Assembly: GCA_034660695.1 (NCBI GenBank)
Contig: JAYEJS010000127.1
Coordinates: 1 to 21,262 of the forward strand
Direction of reading: 5' to 3'
Source: Thermoplasmatota archaeon
Lineage (GTDB): Archaea; Thermoplasmatota; E2; UBA202; DSCA01
Length of the DNA: 21,262 bases
Below, piece by piece: positions 8,873 to 15,855 of the stretch. Below the pieces are notes generated by a model. It saw only the letters and a list, made by a program, of their open reading frames with translations. It searched no databases and was not told the origin of the DNA. Position numbers and translations under genes: made by a program. Each line of letters opens with the position of its first letter. The stretch's first letter is position 1.

Positions 8873-10183
8873 TTATGGAATATATCTTTTTTGCTTGGGA
8901 TAACTCTCATAGATTGTTCTCCTAGAAATTTCCCCAGCAATGTTTTTTTTCATCATTTTTTTAATATCGTCACCTTCAAAATTGGCAAGAACCCACATCG
9001 TCTTTACCAGTGCAGTCTCGGGAAGCATATCCTCTCCAGATATAACACCCGCCTGTATCAATTTCCTGCCGGTGGCATAAACATTCATGTTAACTCTCCC
9101 CCATATGCACTGCGTAGTCATTACCACAGGAATGCCCTTTCCTACAAGTTCTTCTATAATAGGTATTAAATTCCCGCTCACATGCCCAAGTCCGGTTCCT
9201 GCAATTACAACACCATCCTTTCCCTCCGTCATTTTCCTGAAATCATCCTCGCTTAATCCTGGATGAAAATAGACCAAGGAAACATTTGTATTGAGCGAAG
9301 TGTCTGCCACCGTTTTTCCCCCTGATTTTTTTCTATAGCTTGTGACTAAATGCAACTCATCATCAACAAAGCCGATAGGATTTTCATTAATGGAGCGAAA
9401 GGCATCTCTTCTGGAGGAATGCATTTTTCTCACCTTTGTTCCCCTGTATATAGGGCAATAGCCGGGAGATGGCGTACCGTGCATAACGATCACAACTTCC
9501 CCAATATCGCTAACTGCTACCTTTGCTGCAGCAAGCAGATTTTGAAACGCATCGCTACTCGGTCTGTCAGAAGACCGCTGTGAACCTACGAGCACAACGG
9601 GGCCGGATAAATTCTTCAACAGAAAGGATAGAGCAGCGGACGTATACCCCATGGTATCGGTTCCGTGAGTTATTATGATGCCTTCTGCCCCTTTATTCAA
9701 TTCTTCTGCTACCTCTCTCGCAATTTTTTCCCAGTCATGCGGCGCTATATCCTCACTGAGCCTCTGAAAGATGATTTTTGCGCTGACATTGCATACATCA
9801 AAAATTTCCGGCACAGAGAAAGCAAGCTCTTCGGATGTGCTTGCAGGATGAACAGCCCCGGTAGTATAATCAACATATGAGGCAATTGTTCCTCCAGTTC
9901 CCAACAATGTTATGGACGGCCTGCTTTTATCAAATGGTACGACCCGCTTTTTCTTTCTTCTCTCTTTTCTCTTTTCAATCAGTTTTACCCTGCAGTTATC
10001 ATCTATTCTTATGCCAATGTTATATCCATTTTCCAGTTTTATTATCAGCATGTCTTCCCCACTAAATGCATGATGAGGCATGAGTATGCCCCTATATGTT
10101 TTCCCGTTCCTCTCAACTTCTATAAAATCTCCCTCCACAGCCCCTATTTCTCCAAGCGTCTTTTTTATTTCCTTTCTTTTCAT
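8873..10183 (-). CDS. gatD: Glutamyl-tRNA(Gln) amidotransferase subunit D
   Basis: N-terminal AD1-like domain (GDFIEVERNGKTYRGILMPHH) followed by an asparaginase-type domain with LLGTGGTIAS and ITHGTDTM. The ORF track opens at TTG 10195, but ATG 10183 (MKRKEI...) is more likely. Confidence 0.92.
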   Translation of the reverse strand: MKRKEIKKTLGEIGAVEGDFIEVERNGKTYRGILMPHHAFSGEDMLIIKLENGYNIGIRIDDNCRVKLIEKRKERRKKKRVVPFDKSRPSITLLGTGGTIASYVDYTTGAVHPASTSEELAFSVPEIFDVCNVSAKIIFQRLSEDIAPHDWEKIAREVAEELNKGAEGIIITHGTDTMGYTSAALSFLLKNLSGPVVLVGSQRSSDRPSSDAFQNLLAAAKVAVSDIGEVVIVMHGTPSPGYCPIYRGTKVRKMHSSRRDAFRSINENPIGFVDDELHLVTSYRKKSGGKTVADTSLNTNVSLVYFHPGLSEDDFRKMTEGKDGVVIAGTGLGHVSGNLIPIIEELVGKGIPVVMTTQCIWGRVNMNVYATGRKLIQAGVISGEDMLPETALVKTMWVLANFEGDDIKKMMKKNIAGEISRRTIYESYPKQKRYIP

Positions 10184-10230
10184 AGCACAATGCAAACTTC
10201 CATCTCTATATATTTTTTATTACACCATCA

Positions 10231-10242
10231 AAAGTTATATAT
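10231..10242 (+). promoter_or_regulatory. TATA-box-like element upstream of the tRNA pair (shared divergent region with gatD)
   Basis: AAAGTTATATAT is centred about 30 nt upstream of tRNA-Gln position 1 (10268). A second AT-rich box, CTATATATTTTTTATTA (10205-10221), faces gatD. Confidence 0.4.
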
Positions 10243-10267
10243 GAAAATGATATTCCCTAGGTAATAT

Positions 10268-10340
10268 AGCCCTGTGGTGTAGAGGCCAATCATATCGGGC
10301 TTTGGACCCGATGACGGCAGTTCGAATCTGCCCAGGGCTA
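10268..10340 (+). tRNA. tRNA-Gln (anticodon UUG)
   Basis: Folded by hand. Acceptor AGCCCTG pairs with CAGGGCT (A1-U72), with discriminator A. Anticodon stem TCGGG/CCCGA with loop CTTTGGA, anticodon TTG at 10302-10304. T arm GGCAG-TTCGAAT-CTGCC. No encoded CCA. Confidence 0.9.
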
Positions 10341-10347
10341 TGGAAAT

Positions 10348-10478
10348 GCTCCCGTGGTGTAGTCCGGCCAATCATTCCGGCCTTTCGAGAACCCTGGAAC
10401 CCCTTTAGAAAAGGTGTTTCATCACCAAAATGGGTTCAAAGAGAGCCGGCCACCCGGGTTCGAATCCCGGCGGGAGCA
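10348..10478 (+). tRNA. tRNA-Glu (anticodon UUC) with a 56-nt intron at the canonical 37/38 position
   Basis: Acceptor GCTCCCG pairs with CGGGAGC (G1-C72), with discriminator A. Anticodon stem CCGGC (10377-10381) pairs with GCCGG (10445-10449), anticodon TTC at 10384-10386. T arm CCGGG-TTCGAAT-CCCGG. Mature length is 75 nt after intron removal. It lies 7 nt downstream of tRNA-Gln. Confidence 0.88.
10388..10443 (+). other. tRNA intron bounded by a canonical bulge-helix-bulge motif
   Basis: Two 3-nt bulges (10386-10388 CGA and 10442-10444 AGA) are separated by a 4-bp helix (10382-10385 with 10438-10441). They are flanked by the anticodon stem and a 6-bp helix GAACCC (10389-10394) / GGGTTC (10432-10437). 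Confidence 0.8.
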
Positions 10479-10534
10479 TTGTTTAGTTTATGTAATAGTA
10501 TATATCAGGGTCGGGAATCAAAATAATTCCGATA

Positions 10535-10738
10535 GTGTTTTATAAACATTCCAAATTTACCATTATGATGCTATTTCACATCCCCCTATGGCTTATTTTT
10601 CTCATTGCAATAATTGTTATATTCATCGGATGGAAAATGGTAAAGTTCGCTCTCAAACTTTTGATTGCTCTCATCATTATCTTTGGCATTTTGATGATAG
10701 CAGATATGATTTTACCATATATTCATTCCTTTATTTAG
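10535..10738 (+). CDS. Small two-TM membrane protein, unknown function
   Basis: 67 aa from GTG 10535, or 57 aa from ATG 10565. Two long hydrophobic helices. TATA-like AGTATATATC at ~10497-10506 would fit a leaderless start near 10535. No recognisable family. Confidence 0.5.
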   Translation: MFYKHSKFTIMMLFHIPLWLIFLIAIIVIFIGWKMVKFALKLLIALIIIFGILMIADMILPYIHSFI

Positions 10739-10785
10739 GAACATTAGATAAAAATAGCAACAAATAGTTTTTTCATCCGTTGGGC

Positions 10786-11175
10786 TTACTCAAAAGCTGA
10801 TAAATCGCCGTATTTTTTATAAGCTATCACTGTAATAATTCCTACCACTATCGCACCCAAGTTAAAGGTTATTATGCCTAGAATGAAAGATATTACCACC
10901 CATATAAATTGATTTTTCTTCGCTTTTCTGTATTCCCATTCATCTATTGTCCTATTGATTTTTATCAGACCAATTGCAATAGCGAAGACTGCTGCACTTT
11001 CAATAAAAAATATCATACTAGACCAAAAAAAGAGTATATGCAATCTTCCCATATCGCCCAAAATTGTTCCTTCTACAAAATATAAAAGATACATTGCCCC
11101 GAATAAGAACGCTATAATTTCCCCAGCTTTATTCAGGGATTTTATTGATTCTGCCTCGGGCAAAATTTGATTCAT
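10786..11175 (-). CDS. Four-TM membrane protein, unknown function
   Basis: 129 aa. AAGGTGGG lies just upstream of the ATG. Four hydrophobic segments. No recognisable motif. Confidence 0.65.
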   Translation of the reverse strand: MNQILPEAESIKSLNKAGEIIAFLFGAMYLLYFVEGTILGDMGRLHILFFWSSMIFFIESAAVFAIAIGLIKINRTIDEWEYRKAKKNQFIWVVISFILGIITFNLGAIVVGIITVIAYKKYGDLSAFE

Positions 11176-11256
11176 AACCCACCTTGCTTAGATACAATTT
11201 ACAAAACAGGGGAAAATTTAAATAACCTTTGTAATTATAGCTTTTTGGTGATAATT

Positions 11257-11551
11257 ATGAAAAGTAAGACCTTAATAATTGTAGTGGCAATAACGGTTGC
11301 TTTTGTATTTGTAGCTAATTTTGGAGCATCTGCAGCGAACTTAAATTTGAGCCCTTCTGGCCCACAAAAAAAGTGAAGATATTTATCCCGATAAAAACGG
11401 AGTTTTTAGCGTGTATACTCTTGCTCAATTTCCTGGATGTCCTTGTAGTACAGCGAGTGATGTATGCATGTTAAATTATTTCTATACAGCTAAAGAGTAT
11501 GGCACTTATTCATTTACTGTTTACACAAAGATAAAAGGGGATTGGGAATGA
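11257..11551 (+). pseudogene. 5' remnant (signal peptide plus ~59 codons) of the downstream secreted-protein gene, cut off by an A7 frameshift and an in-frame TGA
   Basis: GGTGAT precedes the ATG at 11257. Signal peptide MKSKTLIIVVAITVAFVFVANFGASAA. The frame stops at 11374-11376, right after the A run 11366-11372. The +1 frame stays open from 11351 to 11548 (SEDIYPDKNGVFSVYTLAQFPGCPCSTASDVCMLNYFYTAKEYGTYSFTVYTKIKGDWE). TGA 11549-11551 follows, directly in frame with ATG 11552. Confidence 0.55.
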
Positions 11552-12463
11552 ATGATTTTATACGCACCGGATGGTTCTGGTGGAAATGTAAGCATAGACG
11601 GAAATATCTTGTTTAGTGTCGATGGCAAGTTCTCTCCTACAGAATCTTTTATCCATATATACAACGAAAGCAACAGTCTATATGAAGAGTATGAAGGACC
11701 TAAAAAATCTGGTAATGGAAAAATAGATAACGCATGGAGTCACACTTTCTCTGGAATTTGGCTAGAACCAGGATGGTCTATTCATGTCATGAGTATTGTC
11801 TCTGTTGGATGTGAAGTCAATGCGTGGTCAGGATTTATTTCTCCTGGCCAGGCGTCAGCATCAATAGATGGTATTGCAACTCTTAATCATATCCATGTGG
11901 AATGGTTGCCTGCCCATGGACATTTGAATGTGAATCCGACTTACTTGAACTTTGGAGATATTGGAAGATGGCAATACCCCCAAGAGAAATCCATTGAGAT
12001 TAGGAATGATGGAGAAGCTCCAGTAGGCTACAACCTTGAAAGTGAAGCACTTTCTCTCCCTTTGTTAAGTATATCAGTGTCTGGTACAACATCTCACAAT
12101 GGGTGGCTGGATATAGGTGACATGGATATCATTTATGTAACAGTTAACCCAGATCAAGCAGATGTGGGCGATTACACGACACACTTTAAAATTGTTCCAA
12201 CAGACCCTGAGGTTAATAGCATAACTGTAACCATACAGGTATCTATTACTTATGCATCAGATAATACATCGAATACATCAGATAGTATATTACTCACACC
12301 CGTACATGTATCCACTCCAATATCAACATCTACAGCAATAACAGAAACATCACCAACCACGACAACAACGGAAACTAGTTCGGCTACTCCGACTGCAACG
12401 TCACAAAACACTATCGATATTGCAGCTACTGATAGTGAATATACCAATAGTGATGTCACATGA
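11552..12463 (+). CDS. Largest intact segment of the disrupted surface-protein gene: beta-rich domain, Ig-like domain and Thr/Ser-rich tail
   Basis: 303-aa ORF with no signal peptide of its own. Ig/ASH-like stretch LNVNPTYLNFGDIGRWQYPQEKSIEIRNDGEAPVGY. C-terminal tail TSTAITETSPTTTTTETSSATPTATS. Its stop overlaps the next ATG as ATGA at 12460-12463. Confidence 0.6.
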   Translation: MILYAPDGSGGNVSIDGNILFSVDGKFSPTESFIHIYNESNSLYEEYEGPKKSGNGKIDNAWSHTFSGIWLEPGWSIHVMSIVSVGCEVNAWSGFISPGQASASIDGIATLNHIHVEWLPAHGHLNVNPTYLNFGDIGRWQYPQEKSIEIRNDGEAPVGYNLESEALSLPLLSISVSGTTSHNGWLDIGDMDIIYVTVNPDQADVGDYTTHFKIVPTDPEVNSITVTIQVSITYASDNTSNTSDSILLTPVHVSTPISTSTAITETSPTTTTTETSSATPTATSQNTIDIAATDSEYTNSDVT

Positions 12464-13923
12464 GAAAGTTACTAATATTTATCGCCATATTTACACTTCT
12501 TGTTAGTAGTGGATCTGGGGGAGTACTAAATGTAAATAAAATGGAAGAATTCAATGAAATACGGACAGAATATAAAGTAGATGAATTCGGAATGAAAATA
12601 TGTACAAACCGTAACCCCTCTTACAACAATGATTTAGATTATAATAAGATTAATGATCCGGAGGAGGGTCTGGATCAATCCCAAATTTATAGCGGAGATT
12701 GGGGTGCATTAATAGGCTCAAATTATGTTGCTGCCCAAAGTTTTCGTCCAGAATATAAAACTTTATCCTCCATAAAGCTACTTCTCGCTAAAAGCGGATA
12801 TCCTGAAGGCAATCTGTACATCAAAATTAGAAGATTTTTAAGAGGATCAGATATAGCTGTTGCATCAATAAATTTTTCTGGTGGTGTAGATTGGAGATTA
12901 ATTGAATTCAAAAATGTTGACCTCCAACCAGAAAAAGAGTATTATATTTTATTAACTTCTCCCAAGTCAAGAAATGGCTTTTATGTTTGGCGGGGAGGAA
13001 TAAGTGATGAAGGGTACAAAAATGGGAGGGGATATAAAAGTTATACATACGGTTTGCTATGGAAAAAAGCGAATGTTGATTTTTGTTTTAAAACCTACTA
13101 TTATTCTCCAGTCGAAAAAGTCGATCAACAGCAACTTGTCGATTCTGGCTGGGGGGTAGGTATTGGTGGTGGGCATTTGACTGCCCAGAGTTTTATTCCT
13201 TCCTGCAATATTTTAACTAAGATTGACCTTCACATTTCAAAAGGTAATGGAGAAGATAATTTATACATTAAAATCTCCGATTCTTTAAATGGCTCTGCTT
13301 TAACATCTGTAACTTTACCAAGCAATGAAATACCTTGCTCCGTACAATACTTAACCATAAATTTTCCAGATATCAAGGTAAATCTGGGCAATACTTATTA
13401 TATCATTTTTTCTTCTCCGAATTCCTCTCGCGGAGGATGGTATCTATTCGGAACCTTAGAAGATGTATACAATAAAGGAGAGGCATATTTTTCTGGTAAC
13501 GGTGGCATTACATGGGGAAATAAAACCTGGTTTGGATTCAAAGAGATTTGGTTCAGAACATATGGACGTGATGGCACTCCTCCAAACATTCCTGAGATAT
13601 TTGGTCCTGCAACGGGAAAAGTGAGGAAGGAATATACGTACAAAGCTTCTGCCATAGACATAGATGGAGATAATTTATATTATTTATTTGACTGGGGAGA
13701 CGGTAGATTCAGCGACTGGCTGGGCCCATATAAGTCAGGAGAAGAGATACAGGTCGAAAACAAATGGGGTTCGCCAGGGAACTACGAAATTAGAGTAACA
13801 GCTAAAGATGGAAATGGAGGCATAAGTGGATGGTCTGTTCCATTCCCAGTTGGCATAAGCAGATACATCAGTTTTCCTTGTAATTTGGCTCTGTTATTTA
13901 AAGGAAAGCCTTTGCATTTTTAA
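12460..13923 (+). CDS. Secreted protein with two tandem copies of an unassigned ~145-aa module and one DWGDG-type PKD module
   Basis: 487 aa. Signal peptide MRKLLIFIAIFTLLVSSGSG. Internal duplication at nt ~12667-13104 and ~13120-13563. PKD module at nt ~13576-13860 (GPATGKVRKEYTYKASAIDIDGDNLYYLFDWGDGRFSDWLGPY). Confidence 0.8.
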   Translation: MRKLLIFIAIFTLLVSSGSGGVLNVNKMEEFNEIRTEYKVDEFGMKICTNRNPSYNNDLDYNKINDPEEGLDQSQIYSGDWGALIGSNYVAAQSFRPEYKTLSSIKLLLAKSGYPEGNLYIKIRRFLRGSDIAVASINFSGGVDWRLIEFKNVDLQPEKEYYILLTSPKSRNGFYVWRGGISDEGYKNGRGYKSYTYGLLWKKANVDFCFKTYYYSPVEKVDQQQLVDSGWGVGIGGGHLTAQSFIPSCNILTKIDLHISKGNGEDNLYIKISDSLNGSALTSVTLPSNEIPCSVQYLTINFPDIKVNLGNTYYIIFSSPNSSRGGWYLFGTLEDVYNKGEAYFSGNGGITWGNKTWFGFKEIWFRTYGRDGTPPNIPEIFGPATGKVRKEYTYKASAIDIDGDNLYYLFDWGDGRFSDWLGPYKSGEEIQVENKWGSPGNYEIRVTAKDGNGGISGWSVPFPVGISRYISFPCNLALLFKGKPLHF

Positions 13924-13997
13924 CCAATAGGTATGCGACATTGTACATTGTACCACAAATATCGGGGTTTTTAACTCCATATAGACTGATGCAAATG

Positions 13998-14546
13998 CTA
14001 TTCTACGGGGAAAAATTTCTCTGGAGTAAGTTCATTAATTTTTTCTGTTGCAACAATCATGCCATTTTCAATGGTAACATATCCATCCTTTTCATATTCC
14101 TCAATTATTTTTATTATCACGTTTCTTTCGTTCTCCAGTTCCCTTTCTAATTCTTTGATATTCAACCGCCCCCGAACGCGAAGGCTGACAAATATGATCA
14201 TAATGATAGCCATAACAATATCCTTTGCCAGCACTTTTTCTGCCGCAACATCTTCAATCTGGTCGGTTTTGTCTGAGATTCTCCACCCCAGAAGCAAAAA
14301 GCCATCAATGACCAGTCTTCCAGCCCACGTAAGCCCATAATAATTTTTTTCCTTTGAAATAAAATGCATTTCCTGCAGGGCAGCAAGAGAACGATTAAAT
14401 GTTGCGGTCGGCATATCAGTTTCCTTCTGAAGTTCTTTCCACCTTATTTTTTCTTTTTCTCTCAAAACCATAAGAATTTTTACGACATTTTCCCTGAGCA
14501 GCCTAAAAATTTTATAAACAACATCCTGCTTTCCTTCGTCTTTCAT
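13998..14546 (-). CDS. Winged-helix (ArsR/MarR-like) transcriptional regulator with a second C-terminal wHTH-like module
   Basis: 182 aa. N-terminal module VVKILMVLREKEKIRWKELQKETDMPTATFNRSLAALQEMHFISKE. C-terminal module RGRLNIKELERELENERNVIIKIIEEYEKDGYVTIENG. It starts 21 nt downstream of the 14568-15758 gene on the same strand. Confidence 0.7.
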   Translation of the reverse strand: MKDEGKQDVVYKIFRLLRENVVKILMVLREKEKIRWKELQKETDMPTATFNRSLAALQEMHFISKEKNYYGLTWAGRLVIDGFLLLGWRISDKTDQIEDVAAEKVLAKDIVMAIIMIIFVSLRVRGRLNIKELERELENERNVIIKIIEEYEKDGYVTIENGMIVATEKINELTPEKFFPVE

Positions 14547-14567
14547 TGTTTATGCAACATATTTCCT

Positions 14568-15758
14568 TTAATAAAATTTGTTACAAAATGGACTCATGGG
14601 TGGCAACTCTTCAGCAGGCACGCCGGCAGCCCATGCAACACTCCTCCTAACAATCCACCAGTTAAACGAGGGAAGAAGTGACTGCCTCTCCTCCCACTGG
14701 AACAACCCTTTAAAAAGCATGCTATTGCTACAAGTGTCCTTCTCAACAATCCTTCCTCCACTCCATACAGGATGCTCAGGATGATTACCAAATATCACCA
14801 CTCTTCCTTTTCCATATTCACACGCTATAGCAGCAGGCTTACCTGCAAGATGTGTCTCTATGAGTTTGCTTTCCATATCCCATAAATCAAAAGGCTCCAT
14901 GGGATCAAAGTTATACCTCCAAGCATGTATGCTCGTGCTCCTGTTGCCGTTTGGCCTGGAAATGTTTTCATCAGGATACCATGCCAGTATAGTAACATTA
15001 TTCCCATCTGGAATCAGGGCCGGACCGCCCACCCACCTTATTATCCGCGTATCATACTTATAGCCCCGAAATATTGGATGCTCCCTATTTATTCTGCAAT
15101 GCTGGCATACACCTGAACCCTCAATAGAAAGATTATACCATACGTATGCCGACTGACCTATGCGGGCAGGGTTTTTTTGTATGATGCTGCAGGCCATAGG
15201 GTCCCCCATATCCTGATATGCCCTGACTGGTACGATCCCAATAGCTGATTTATTCATGAACCACTCCCATGCCGTTTCTCCCGTCCATCCTCTTTCTGAT
15301 GCACTTACAAGACCTTGTGATGCTATATTTGCCCCCCCGCAAGTCCCAAGATAGCCGCCCCCATTTGATACAAAGGCTTTTACCTCGTTTTTCCATCGCA
15401 AAAGCCAGCTATTGTCTACAGGCCGTCTGAATTCTTTTCCTATTCCGGGGATAAGAATTAAATCACAACCATCTAGCGCCCCCATTGATATTTGCATATC
15501 GGTAACAAATCGGGTCTCGAACCCGTAGGATGAATTCCTAGATGACCATGCATAACCGTTCAGTATTTTCTCCATTTCTGAGGGGGAAGCAAATGAAGGG
15601 ATTACAGAATCAAGTATCGCAACTTCTATGATTACATGATTTTTTGCTATTGATATTCTATCTATTTTTGTTTTTGAGGAATCATCCAAAGAAAAGGTGC
15701 AGGTTGTTCCACTTAACATGAAAAAAAGTACGCCAATTACAACTATCTTTTTCATCAT
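14568..15758 (-). CDS. Secreted class-I glutamine-amidotransferase-fold (BPL_N-like) protein
   Basis: 396 aa. Signal peptide MMKKIVVIGVLFFMLSGTTC. Nucleophile-elbow context GGGYLGTCGGANIAS preceded by DLILIPGIG. Late motif CEYGKGRVVIFGNHPEHP, the His-Pro-Glu context of class I GATases. Confidence 0.7.
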   Translation of the reverse strand: MMKKIVVIGVLFFMLSGTTCTFSLDDSSKTKIDRISIAKNHVIIEVAILDSVIPSFASPSEMEKILNGYAWSSRNSSYGFETRFVTDMQISMGALDGCDLILIPGIGKEFRRPVDNSWLLRWKNEVKAFVSNGGGYLGTCGGANIASQGLVSASERGWTGETAWEWFMNKSAIGIVPVRAYQDMGDPMACSIIQKNPARIGQSAYVWYNLSIEGSGVCQHCRINREHPIFRGYKYDTRIIRWVGGPALIPDGNNVTILAWYPDENISRPNGNRSTSIHAWRYNFDPMEPFDLWDMESKLIETHLAGKPAAIACEYGKGRVVIFGNHPEHPVWSGGRIVEKDTCSNSMLFKGLFQWEERQSLLPSFNWWIVRRSVAWAAGVPAEELPPMSPFCNKFY

Positions 15759-15825
15759 TCTTACTTTAATGCTTTTCGAGTTAAATGCTTTTAGAAAAGC
15801 TTATAAATCAACATTCATTATATAG

Positions 15826-15844
15826 ACGTTCATAAAATGAACGT
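15826..15844. promoter_or_regulatory. 19-bp perfect palindrome between a TATA-like box and the radical SAM start codon
   Basis: ACGTTCAT-AAA-ATGAACGT has 8-bp arms. TATA-like CATTATATAG lies at 15815-15824 and the ATG at 15856. The position fits an operator overlapping the transcription start. Confidence 0.3.
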
Positions 15845-15855
15845 TAAAAATTTGG

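Noticed and set aside
8480-9169. 229-aa plus-strand ORF
   Set aside because: It spans the junction of two solid minus-strand genes (the PKD protein and gatD). It is antisense to both and has no recognisable features.
10302-10526. 74-aa ORF
   Set aside because: It is made entirely of the tRNA-Gln 3' half, the tRNA-Glu gene and the intron, so it is an artefact of GC-rich tRNA sequence.
11365-11474. dnaX-like programmed -1 frameshift at the in-frame slippery heptamer A-AAA-AAG (11365-11371)
   Set aside because: The heptamer is in the right phase, but the -1 frame runs only 33 codons to TAA (11472-11474) and has no domain-like sequence. The frame that continues into the downstream gene is +1, which fits a one-base homopolymer indel instead.
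11549-11551. TGA as selenocysteine or reassigned codon
   Set aside because: TGA terminates the Sm-like, rpl37e and purF genes in this same window. No evidence for a SECIS-like element was identified, and the residue context (DWE-x-MIL) is not a redox motif.
10479-15758. Genomic island integrated at the tRNA-Glu 3' end (membrane, surface and regulator genes downstream of the tRNA pair)
   Set aside because: No integrase or recombinase is present. I could not find a direct repeat of the tRNA 3' end anywhere in the window. The gene content alone does not establish mobility.
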